From contig JANMQV010000006.1 in assembly GCA_031370645.1 (NCBI GenBank), positions 11,314 to 75,313 of the forward strand: 64,000 bases of DNA, in the 5' to 3' direction. The notes beneath the pieces were generated by a model, which saw only the letters and a list, made by a program, of their open reading frames with translations, did not search any database and was not told where the DNA came from. The DNA comes from Candidatus Eiseniibacteriota bacterium. GTDB lineage: Bacteria > Eisenbacteria > RBG-16-71-46 > SZUA-252. Every line of letters starts with the position of its first letter. The stretch's first letter is position 1. Below are positions 53,218 to 61,781 of this stretch, one piece after another. A program made the translations under genes and the position numbers.

Positions 53218-54149
53218 GCCTTCCCCCGCCGCGTCTCCACCCACGTCACCCCCGCAAGGATGAGCAGGGCGCCGAGGAAGAAACCGCCCGTGAAGCGCTC
53301 CCGGAAGACGAGCCAGGAGAGAATCGACGTGAGGATCGGCTGCGTGTTCTGGGCGACGGCGACCTTGGCCGTTTCCAAATGGCGGAGCGCGTACATATAG
53401 AGAGGGTACGCGATCGCCGAGGTGCCTATCGCCAGGTAAAGAATGGCGCCCCAGGTCGGTAGCGTGATGCTCGAAAGCTTCGGAATCGCGCCGGGAATGA
53501 AGAGAGCGGGAAGCGTCAGAAGGGTCCCGCTCACGATGGCGCCCGTCGTGACCGCCATGCCGTCGTACTTGGCCAGGAGCGGCTTCGATAGGACCGTGTA
53601 GAGCGCCCAGGCGAAGACGGCGACGAGAATGAGGAGATCGCCGCGGAGCAGGGCCATCTCCCGCTTCAAGCCGCGCTCGGTGAGGATGACGATGACGCCG
53701 CCGAACGCGACCGCGATGCCGACGAGCGAAGACCACGGGGTTCGTTCTCGAATCATCGCCTTCGCGAGAAGAAAGACGACGAGCGGCGTCAGCGCGTAGA
53801 GGAGCGCCGCGTGGCTTGGTGTGGAGTGGACCATCCCGAAGAGAAAGAATCCCTGATTCATCGGAACGACGAGAAAGCCGAGAAGCGCCACGCGGGGCCA
53901 GTCCCGGCGCTCGATTCCCGACACGCCTCGCGCCCGCTGCCAGCCCCAGAGCGAGACCGAGGCGATCACGAAACGAAGCAGGGCCACCGGGAGCGCGCCG
54001 ATCGCGGCGACGGCGCCTTTCGCGAAGAGGTGGGTGGCGCTGGCCAAAATTTGATTCGCGCCGAGCGCCAGGGCGACCCGGGGACCTTGATCGTGGGGAC
54101 GGATGAGGGCAGTTCCTTTCGCGTGGGGCGTGAGCCGAGGGCCGGGCAC
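53214..54149 (-). CDS. DMT/EamA-family transporter
   Basis: About ten hydrophobic helices in two EamA repeats (LLRFVIA, HAALLYALTPL, GDLLIL, QPILT). Start uncertain; GTG 54149 used. Confidence 0.85.
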   Translation of the reverse strand: MPGPRLTPHAKGTALIRPHDQGPRVALALGANQILASATHLFAKGAVAAIGALPVALLRFVIASVSLWGWQRARGVSGIERRDWPRVALLGFLVVPMNQGFFLFGMVHSTPSHAALLYALTPLVVFLLAKAMIRERTPWSSLVGIAVAFGGVIVILTERGLKREMALLRGDLLILVAVFAWALYTVLSKPLLAKYDGMAVTTGAIVSGTLLTLPALFIPGAIPKLSSITLPTWGAILYLAIGTSAIAYPLYMYALRHLETAKVAVAQNTQPILTSILSWLVFRERFTGGFFLGALLILAGVTWVETRRGKA

Positions 54150-54272
54150 CGAGACGGCATCTCCCGGGCTCCGTTCGGGCGGCAGTTTAGCCAATGGAAT
54201 CCCTCCGCCGCAACCCGCTGGCGCCGCAAGCCGACTTAGGGTATGCTGCTCGGCTCCGGAGGATACGATCAC

Positions 54273-56957
54273 ATGATGGATACCGATTTTCGGAATTACC
54301 TCCGCGCCGCTCAAGGGCCGGAGCCAGATATCGCCCTGAGCAACCCGCGGTGGCACGAAACCGAAGTCGTCGCGAAAAAACTAATCGAGACCAGCGCCGC
54401 GGAACCGGGGCTCAAGTCGCTTCTGAACGAGCCGCTGCGAAAGAAGCGCTGGGATCTCCTGCTCCTTTCCGGGCTCCTGCATCAGGCGCTCGGACAGCGA
54501 ATGCCGGCGGTCGAGTGCTTCGAGGTCGTCGGCGACAAATGCATCGCGGCGAACGACCGAGACGCCGTCATTCATCTCCTTCCCCGCTTCCTGGTTCCCG
54601 ATCCCGCTCCCCAAGCCGTCCGATTTCTCCATTACATCGCGAAGGGCGCTCCCTCGGAAGAAGAACGAATCGAGGCGCTCCGCCACGCGATTGCCATTCG
54701 CCCCTCCGATCCCGACCTCCATCTCGATCTCGCCGGCGCGCTCGAGCAGGCCCAGGACCTCGAGGCCGCGCGCGAGCACCGGCTCCGCTATCTCGAGCTG
54801 TCGCTCGAGGAGACGCGACCGAAGGGGCTCTCGGAGGCGGTCGCGCGCGCGGTCGAGGAAGACCTGGCCGCCGAGCCGAAGCGAGTCGGCACCATCGTCG
54901 TCCGATACGCGGGCAAGGTCGCCTGGAAGGATGCCGAGGCGGTCCTCGAGCTGGCCATGCCCGAGTTGGAGAAGTTCGCGGGAGGGCTCCTGCCTTGGGA
55001 CGATCTCGCGGTCCTTCTTCCCAAGATTCTCGCCACGCCTGCGGGGCGTGAAACGGCCGCGGAGCTCGTGAAGATCGCGGTCGCGCGCGAGCCGCAGCCG
55101 GCGGCGATCGTCGAGGGCTCGGGGATTCTCGATTCCTCCGTCGATGCGAACGTCGTCGTCGATCGCGTCCCCAAGATTCTTGCCCTACCCCCCGGCGCCT
55201 ACGTGACGCACAGCGCGTGGGGCCTCGGCCGCGTCACGGCGACCGACGGCGAATCGGTGAAGCTCGACTTTCCGAACCGCGTCGGGCATCAGATGTCGTT
55301 CGCCATGGCTTCGAAGTCGCTCCTTCGGCTCCACGCCGACGGACTCCGCGTCCTTTCGATCGAGGAGCCCGAACGGCTCCACGCGCTGGCGAAGGCCGGC
55401 GACCCCGATCTCCTGGCGCGCGCCCTGCGCGAAGTGGGTGGCAAGGCCTCGACCGCGAATTTGAAGCCGCGGTTCGAGATTGCCTACCCTGACGGCGATT
55501 GGTCGGCCTACATCAAGAAGGCGAAAGAAAAGATTAAGGAGGATCCTCGCTTCGACCTGAGCGAGGCCTACAAGAACGTCTACTCGCTCGCCCCCGAAGG
55601 ACAGGCGGGACGAGGTGCGGTGCTGCCTCGACTCTCTTCTCGTGCCGCGGTGAAGGGTCTCGCCGTCGTGAAGAAGTTCATGCGGGAGCATCCGGAAGAG
55701 GAGACGCGGCTCCGCGAGCATGCGGGACCGCTCGTTGCCCGCTGGATCGGCGATCCCGCGCTCGACCTCACGGGCCGCGCCCAAGCACTTTGCTACGCGG
55801 TCGGTTGGAACAGCATGAGCCGCGAGGAAGCGATCGAGGCGCTCGGCGACCTCATCCACGAAGGGCTCTCTCCGGACGATCTCAACATCAGTCAATATCA
55901 GGAACTCCTCATGGATCTCGCCGAGGGTTCGCCCGACGAGGAGGCGTTCCTTTGGCGCGCTTTCGAGAGCCGCCTTCCGCGGCTTCGCGATCGCGGACGC
56001 CTGCGGCTCCAGGACTTGCTCGGCGACGCCTACACGCGAGCTATCGAACAGCGCGTGCAGCGAAGCGCCGATACCCCGGGCCTCACGTCGCGGCTCATCG
56101 AACATTTCGCCGTGCAGCCGGAGGACGCCGGGGCCCCGCCCCAGGCCCTTCTGCTCGTCGCGGCCATCCGGCTCCTGGAGAAGGAACTGGCCGAGGGGGT
56201 TCCCGAGCGGCTCCTCGCGCTTCTCGACGAAGGGGGCGCCTATCGCGTGCGGTTCCGGGTGACCCAGCCCGACGCGGAGGCGATGGAAGCGATCGAACGC
56301 ACCGTGCTCGCGTGGAGCGGGAGCGAGCGAAGACTCGTCCCGATACTCGACTTTCTCCGAGTGATCGGACATCCGGGAATCGCCGACGCCTACGAGGAGC
56401 GCCGCAAGGCGCGCGCGAAGAGCCTCCTCGAGGGAAAATCGACCGAGGACGTCGACACGCGCTTCACGCTCATGACCAAGACGACCTACCAGCGGCTGGA
56501 GTCGGAACTCAAGCGGCTCGCGCTGGAACTGAAAACGACGATCCCGGCCGCCATCGAACGCGCCCGGCAGTTGGGCGACCTGAAGGAGAACGCCGAGTAC
56601 GACGCCGCGAAGGCCAAGCAGGCGAACACGGCCCATCGCGTGCAGGAGTTGATCACGCTCCTCGAAGCGACGCAGATTCTCGAGTCGCTCGAGATCGACC
56701 CGAAGCGGGTCGGCGCAGGTACGGAGGTGTTCCTCACTCCGCTCGCCGCGGGCGAAGCGCCGGTCCGGTTCTGGATCCTGGGCGAGGGGGATCACCTCCT
56801 CGGGGAGGGCATTCTCTCCTACCGGGCGCCACTCGCGCGGCCGCTCCTCGGACTGAACGCCGGCGCCGAGGTAGCGATCGAATTCGAATCCGGCACGCGG
56901 CGATTCCGTATCGAGTCGATCCGCAAGCGGCTTCCGGGCGATCCCGTTCCGGTCTAA
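54273..56957 (+). CDS. greA: GreA-family transcript cleavage factor with a ~730-aa N-terminal extension
   Basis: C-terminal Gre domain with ARQLGDLKENAEYDAAK and ILSYRAPLARPLLG. Start ATG 54273 follows GGAGGA; TATGCT at 54242-54247 is a -10-like box. Confidence 0.85.
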   Translation: MMDTDFRNYLRAAQGPEPDIALSNPRWHETEVVAKKLIETSAAEPGLKSLLNEPLRKKRWDLLLLSGLLHQALGQRMPAVECFEVVGDKCIAANDRDAVIHLLPRFLVPDPAPQAVRFLHYIAKGAPSEEERIEALRHAIAIRPSDPDLHLDLAGALEQAQDLEAAREHRLRYLELSLEETRPKGLSEAVARAVEEDLAAEPKRVGTIVVRYAGKVAWKDAEAVLELAMPELEKFAGGLLPWDDLAVLLPKILATPAGRETAAELVKIAVAREPQPAAIVEGSGILDSSVDANVVVDRVPKILALPPGAYVTHSAWGLGRVTATDGESVKLDFPNRVGHQMSFAMASKSLLRLHADGLRVLSIEEPERLHALAKAGDPDLLARALREVGGKASTANLKPRFEIAYPDGDWSAYIKKAKEKIKEDPRFDLSEAYKNVYSLAPEGQAGRGAVLPRLSSRAAVKGLAVVKKFMREHPEEETRLREHAGPLVARWIGDPALDLTGRAQALCYAVGWNSMSREEAIEALGDLIHEGLSPDDLNISQYQELLMDLAEGSPDEEAFLWRAFESRLPRLRDRGRLRLQDLLGDAYTRAIEQRVQRSADTPGLTSRLIEHFAVQPEDAGAPPQALLLVAAIRLLEKELAEGVPERLLALLDEGGAYRVRFRVTQPDAEAMEAIERTVLAWSGSERRLVPILDFLRVIGHPGIADAYEERRKARAKSLLEGKSTEDVDTRFTLMTKTTYQRLESELKRLALELKTTIPAAIERARQLGDLKENAEYDAAKAKQANTAHRVQELITLLEATQILESLEIDPKRVGAGTEVFLTPLAAGEAPVRFWILGEGDHLLGEGILSYRAPLARPLLGLNAGAEVAIEFESGTRRFRIESIRKRLPGDPVPV

Positions 56958-57022
56958 GCCGCATCCAAAGAAGCTAAGTCCCCGACGTCCGGGGAGAAAA
57001 CCAACGGAAAGGAGAATCGTCC

Positions 57023-57634
57023 ATGTCCAAGCACGTGGTGAAGCCCCTTCCCTACGCGAACGATGCGCTGAAGGGAATCGGCTCGAAGACGATCGAAATC
57101 CATCACGACAAGCTCTACGCGGGCTACGTGAACAAGCGGAATGAAATCGAAGAGGCCCTGGCGAAGGTGGACCGGAGCAAGGCGAATCAGATCTACTCCG
57201 ACATGCGCGGCATGAAGCACGAGGAGACGTTCGCCGCGAACGGCCAGATTCTCCACGAAATCTATTTCGCCGTGATGGGCGGCGACGGCCAGCCGAAGGG
57301 CGAAGTGGTCGACAAGATCAAGGAGGACTTCGGAACGTTCGCCGCGTGGGAGGAGGACTTCAAGGCCTCCGGCATGTGCGCTCGCGGATGGGTCGTCCTC
57401 GCCTTCGATCCGACCGACGGCCGCCTCCACAACTTCATCGGCGACTCGCAGAACCAGGGCGGCGTGTGGGGCACCTTCCCGGTTCTGAACGTCGACACCT
57501 ACGAGCACTCCTACTTCATCGATTACGGCTCGGATCGAAAAGCCTACCTCGAGGCCTTCATGCGGAACATCAATTGGGACGAGGTCAACCGGCGCTACCT
57601 GGCCGCCTCCTCCATGGCGATGGCCCGGAAGTAA
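57023..57634 (+). CDS. sod: Fe/Mn superoxide dismutase (divergent type)
   Basis: PLPY, IHHDKLY.GYV, NG.ILHEIYF, GWVVL and DTYEHSY; AAGGAG RBS. Confidence 0.9.
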   Translation: MSKHVVKPLPYANDALKGIGSKTIEIHHDKLYAGYVNKRNEIEEALAKVDRSKANQIYSDMRGMKHEETFAANGQILHEIYFAVMGGDGQPKGEVVDKIKEDFGTFAAWEEDFKASGMCARGWVVLAFDPTDGRLHNFIGDSQNQGGVWGTFPVLNVDTYEHSYFIDYGSDRKAYLEAFMRNINWDEVNRRYLAASSMAMARK

Positions 57635-57679
57635 CGACTCCGCGGCGGCCGGAAACGGCCCTCCGCTCGATTGCAGTAC

Positions 57680-57722
57680 GGCGGGTGTCCTTGCAAAATG
57701 CACGGACCCCGCCTTTCGTTTT
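57680..57722 (+). terminator. Intrinsic terminator after sod (long palindrome, possibly also an activator site)
   Basis: GGCGGG-T-GTCC-T-TGCA-AAA-TGCA-C-GGAC-CCCGCC followed by TTTCGTTTT. Confidence 0.65.
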
Positions 57723-57759
57723 GCCCCCTCCTTCGTCCCGCGTTCCCCAACTGACTTGT

Positions 57760-57772
57760 TATCAATAGGTTG
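57760..57772 (+). promoter_or_regulatory. IHF-binding consensus
   Basis: TATCAATAGGTTG matches WATCAANNNNTTR, in a locally AT-rich patch. Confidence 0.6.
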
Positions 57773-57798
57773 GTAAAACCGCCGCGGAAGCCCTTCGG

Positions 57799-57814
57799 CG
57801 GCATGGCCTTTGCT
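57799..57814 (+). promoter_or_regulatory. sigma54 (-24/-12) promoter
   Basis: CGGCATGGCCTTTGCT: GG-N10-GC, close to the TGGCAC-N5-TTGC consensus, 75 nt before ATG 57890. Confidence 0.65.
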
Positions 57815-57889
57815 CTACACCCCAGGGGTTTTTCCAATTGTGATCGTATTTCGTTCGCGATGGGGATCGCGACAAACAAGGAGACCGAC

Positions 57890-58426
57890 ATGAAGACGGT
57901 GAAGGTGTTCGTCATCGCCCTCGCGGCGCTTGGAGCGCTGGCGGCGTTGAACGGCTGCACGGACGTGTCGTCGCGAAACATTCTGCAGGTTGTGAGCGTG
58001 AACGCCGGCGACGTCTATTACAGCGACTTGGTGACCGACTCGGGCACGGTGGTGGCCGACGCGGTTCAGCTGAAGGTGACGAACATCCCGAACGACGGCG
58101 GCGCGACGCTTGCGCCCGGCACGCCCTTTTCACAGATCATTCTCACCGGCTACACGGTCACGTTCGACAACGGCGTCTATCCGCCGGTTTCGGGCGGCAT
58201 CTCGGGCGTCGTGAATTCCGGAGAGCAGGCCGATGTCTCGATCGCGCTGACCGACATTGGCGTGAAGGCTTCGCTCTCGCCGTTTCTCGCCACGAGCACC
58301 ACGGCTCGAATTACGCTGACCGGGTTCAACCATATCAACGGCGGGAACAACGGCGAAACGGTTACCGCGCGCGCCAACCTTCCCGTGCAGGTCGCGAACT
58401 TCAAGGACTCCGACATCGCCAACTGA
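57890..58426 (+). CDS. Hypothetical beta-rich lipoprotein (178 aa)
   Basis: AAGGAG RBS; lipoprotein signal MKTVKVFVIALAALGALAALNG-C. Confidence 0.8.
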   Translation: MKTVKVFVIALAALGALAALNGCTDVSSRNILQVVSVNAGDVYYSDLVTDSGTVVADAVQLKVTNIPNDGGATLAPGTPFSQIILTGYTVTFDNGVYPPVSGGISGVVNSGEQADVSIALTDIGVKASLSPFLATSTTARITLTGFNHINGGNNGETVTARANLPVQVANFKDSDIAN

Positions 58427-58449
58427 CCGTCTCGTCGGTCGCGATCCCC

Positions 58450-58487
58450 TCGGCCCGTCACGTACTCGTGGCGGGCCGATTCTATTT
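58450..58487 (+). terminator. Hairpin terminator between the convergent lipoprotein and ATL genes
   Basis: TCGGCCCGTCACG-TACT-CGTGGCGGGCCGA followed by TTCTATTT. Confidence 0.7.
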
Positions 58488-58856
58488 CCGACGGCCTGCT
58501 CGAAGATTCCAGCGGTAGGTTTCGAGAGAAATGCGCCCGTTCGGATCGAACGCGACGCCCTCGCACTCCAGGCGGAACCGCTGCGGAAGCTCTCCGCCCG
58601 CGATTCCCCTCCCGAGGCTAATCCGGCCCTGGGCGTTCACCACCCGATGCCAGGGGATTCGAATTCCCTCCGGCGTGGCGTGGAGCGCGTATCCCACCAA
58701 GCGTGCCTGTCCCGGCATCCGTGCCACACGCGCGATATCGCCGTAGGTCGCGACACGGCCGCGAGGGATTTTCCGGACGGCCGCGTAGATGAGTCGATAG
58801 GTCGTCGAGGGCGCCGGCGCCCGTGGAGCGCGCCGCTTCACCGCCGGCCGCTTCAC
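58482..58856 (-). CDS. Alkyltransferase-like protein (ATL/YbaZ, MGMT family)
   Basis: IPRGRVATYGDIA, ARLVGYAL and PWHRVVN (Trp replaces the catalytic Cys). Confidence 0.9.
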   Translation of the reverse strand: MKRPAVKRRAPRAPAPSTTYRLIYAAVRKIPRGRVATYGDIARVARMPGQARLVGYALHATPEGIRIPWHRVVNAQGRISLGRGIAGGELPQRFRLECEGVAFDPNGRISLETYRWNLRAGRRK

Positions 58857-59695
58857 CGGTACGCGAAGAGCATCGCGTAGATGATTCCGAGCACGACGAG
58901 GAAACCGATCGTGACGGCGGTGAAACCGAAGGCCCGTACGGCGCGAATGACGATGGGCGGATAGGGCTCCACCAGATGCGCTTCCAGCGTCCCACGCCGG
59001 ACCAGTTCATCGTACTCCGCTGGCTTGTCCTGCTTGAACTCCTCGAGGGGCATGCTGCCGGTGAAAATGACCAGGTCCATCGGGAATTTCTCCGGCCTTA
59101 GGTGCGTGTTGAAGAAGTGAACGGTGAAGATGAAGCCGACCGCGAGCAGCGCCTCGTCGCTGTGGATGATCGTCGCCACGTTGAGGAACCACCCCGGCAC
59201 CACCCGCGTGAAGAGTTCCGGGAACCAGAGCATGAGCCCCGTCGATCCAATCACCATCATCCCCCAGAAGACGGCGAAATAGTCGAACTTTTCCCAATAG
59301 GTCCAGCGCCCGTAGCGTGGCCGCGACCCCTTCCCCAGGAACCACCGAATACTCCCGAAGAATTCCTTCAGGTCCTTGCCGGTGAAGAGCATCGTGTCGG
59401 GTCCGAACAGGAGCGCGCGCCAGGAGCCGTACTCGCGGTTCTTCCGCCGGACGAGATCGGTGACGTGCGTGGCGAACACGACGATGAGAAGGACGGCCGC
59501 GAGCCGATGGATGTAGCCGGCTGATTCGAAGCCGCCGAAGAGCCGGGAGAGGATCCGCGCCCATCCGGTGTAGGAGAACTTGAGCGTCATGCCGGTGAGC
59601 GCGAGGCTCAAGAAGCTTACGATCATCGCGATGTGGAGCAACCGGTTCAAGCGCGTGAAGCGCTGGACGTGAAGCCCCTTCGGCTCAATCGTCAT
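58853..59695 (-). CDS. Membrane cytochrome b (FdnI/HupC-like), partner of the multiheme cytochrome
   Basis: [35 protein letters not shown] and [15 protein letters not shown]. Start reset to ATG 59695. Confidence 0.88.
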   Translation of the reverse strand: MTIEPKGLHVQRFTRLNRLLHIAMIVSFLSLALTGMTLKFSYTGWARILSRLFGGFESAGYIHRLAAVLLIVVFATHVTDLVRRKNREYGSWRALLFGPDTMLFTGKDLKEFFGSIRWFLGKGSRPRYGRWTYWEKFDYFAVFWGMMVIGSTGLMLWFPELFTRVVPGWFLNVATIIHSDEALLAVGFIFTVHFFNTHLRPEKFPMDLVIFTGSMPLEEFKQDKPAEYDELVRRGTLEAHLVEPYPPIVIRAVRAFGFTAVTIGFLVVLGIIYAMLFAYR

Positions 59696-61703
59696 CGGAA
59701 TCCCCCTCGGCCAGCGGGGCCGGACTCGTCGCCGGCGCTTCCGGCGCTTCCGCCGCTTCCGCCTCCCGTTCCGCGCGGTCCCGCTCGCGCCGCAACTGAA
59801 GAGCTCGCGGGAACCAGAGAATGGTGTGGAGCCCGCCCACGAGGAACGTCCCAATCAGGAGCGAGGTCATGCCCCAGAACGTGTAGAAGAGGAACGGGTA
59901 CTTCTTCGAGTCGTGGTGCGTCGCGTGCGTGAGATAGCCGGCGAAGCGACGCGTGGCGCCCTGGTGGCACTTCTGGCAAGTCTTCAGGACGTTCGCGCGG
60001 CTGAGATGCGACTTCGGGTCGTCGGCCGCGAGGATGTCGTGCGAGCCGTGGCAGTCGTAGCACTTCGCCGTCTTCGTGTAGCCGAGCTGCGATACCTTCC
60101 CGTGATACGTGTCGAAGTAGCTCTCCGAGATCTTCTCGTGGCAGCGCCCGCACTTCGCCATGATGTCGAGCTTGAACCCGGTCTCGTCGGTCCGCCGAAT
60201 GGTGTGCGCGGAGTGGCAGTCGTTACAGACGGGAAGCTCCTTCTTCGTCTTTCCGACCTGGGTCGCGTGGATGCTCTTCTGGAACTGCTCTTCGATCCCG
60301 TAGTGACACTTGCCGCACGTGTTCGGAATATTGGCCGGGTTCACGCTCGACCGCGGATCCTTCTTGGGAAGCACGCTGTGCGCCGTGTGGCAACTCGTGC
60401 ACATGGCGGTCACGGTGAGTCCGCTCTTGATCAGCCCCTTGCCGTGAATGCTCTCCGTGTAGTGCTCGATGATGTCGTGCTGCGTCCCCTTGTAGCGCTT
60501 CGCCGCCTTCTCCCCCTCGCGGTGGCAGCTCGCGCAGAGCCGCGGCACGTTCGTCGGGAACGTCGACGACTCCCGGTCGTCCTTCCCCCGGATCGTGTGC
60601 GTCCCGTGACACTCCTTGCAGGTGGGTCCGTTCGCGTCCTTCTTCGCCGTCAGCTGCCCGTGCATGCTCGCCTGATACTCCCGGCCCACTTCGGCGTGGC
60701 AGGAGGAACAGTCGACCTTCTGGACGATCGTCTCGCACGACCGAACCCGGGAAGGACTCACGCCGGTGTGGCACTGGCTGCAGGACACTTTCAGGTGCTT
60801 GGAGTGCGCGAGGTCGTCGGGATGGACCACCAGCGGCCGCCCATCCGAACTCGCCTTGATGCCGGCGACGCCGTGGCAGCGCATGCAGTCTTTGTCCGCC
60901 ATCCCCTGGTCGTAGAAGACCTTTCTCACCTTGTGCGGCTGGTGACAGTCGACGCACGCGGGGAGGCGGTTCGCTTCTTTTTCCCAAAGCTCTCCCTTGA
61001 TCACCTTCCGGTGGACCGCCTCGATGGCCGCATGGCACCGCGTGCAGGTCTTGGCGATGTTGGCGCGCGCGATGGAAGAGGCAGGGTCGGTGTGCGGAAG
61101 GATCGAGTGCGCGGTGTGGCACGACGCGCAGTTCGGCGCTACGGTCAGCCCCTTCTTGAGGAGTCCCTCGCCGTGGATGCTCTCCGAATAGTTCTCGAGG
61201 ATGTGGTCCTGGTGAATCGTCCGCTGCCGCTGGACGGGCGCTCCCTCCTGGTGGCACTTGCCGCAGAGGAAGGGCACGCGAAGCGGCGCCACCGGGGAGC
61301 GCGGATCCTTTGCTCGGACGACGTCGTGGGAGCCATGGCAATCCTGGCAACGCGGCGCGAGCGGGTCCCCCCGGGCGATGGCCTGGCCGTGGAGCGACTT
61401 CGCATGGAGCGCCTGAATGTCCTCGTGGCAGGAGCCGCAAGCGGCCGGTTTCAGCTCGTCTTCGTGCGGGAGTTCCTTCCCCGCGAGGTCGGCGTGGCAG
61501 TCGACGCAGTCGACGGAGGCGTGAATGGAATTCTTGAGTTTGGCCGCGTCGACGTAGACGGAGATCTTCTTCCCGTGGCGCGTGCCGGTCAGACCGTGAT
61601 CCTCGTGGCAGTCGAGGCACTCGCTGTTCTCTTGCCCCCGAGCGCTTCCCCCAGCGAGGAGGACCGCCGCGATGAACGCCGCGATGATGAGGTTTGGTCT
61701 CAT
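59685..61703 (-). CDS. Periplasmic multiheme cytochrome c (19 CxxCH) with a C-terminal membrane helix
   Basis: Signal peptide from ATG 61703; 19 CxxCH motifs counted; C-terminal helix FLFYTFWGMTSLLIGTFLVGGLHTILW. Confidence 0.93.
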   Translation of the reverse strand: MRPNLIIAAFIAAVLLAGGSARGQENSECLDCHEDHGLTGTRHGKKISVYVDAAKLKNSIHASVDCVDCHADLAGKELPHEDELKPAACGSCHEDIQALHAKSLHGQAIARGDPLAPRCQDCHGSHDVVRAKDPRSPVAPLRVPFLCGKCHQEGAPVQRQRTIHQDHILENYSESIHGEGLLKKGLTVAPNCASCHTAHSILPHTDPASSIARANIAKTCTRCHAAIEAVHRKVIKGELWEKEANRLPACVDCHQPHKVRKVFYDQGMADKDCMRCHGVAGIKASSDGRPLVVHPDDLAHSKHLKVSCSQCHTGVSPSRVRSCETIVQKVDCSSCHAEVGREYQASMHGQLTAKKDANGPTCKECHGTHTIRGKDDRESSTFPTNVPRLCASCHREGEKAAKRYKGTQHDIIEHYTESIHGKGLIKSGLTVTAMCTSCHTAHSVLPKKDPRSSVNPANIPNTCGKCHYGIEEQFQKSIHATQVGKTKKELPVCNDCHSAHTIRRTDETGFKLDIMAKCGRCHEKISESYFDTYHGKVSQLGYTKTAKCYDCHGSHDILAADDPKSHLSRANVLKTCQKCHQGATRRFAGYLTHATHHDSKKYPFLFYTFWGMTSLLIGTFLVGGLHTILWFPRALQLRRERDRAEREAEAAEAPEAPATSPAPLAEGDSDDD

Positions 61704-61781
61704 GGCTCCACACCGATTATCGGGAGAATGGAGCCGGGGCGCCCATGGTCCGGACGGGGTAGCCCCCATGAGGCCTTGGCG

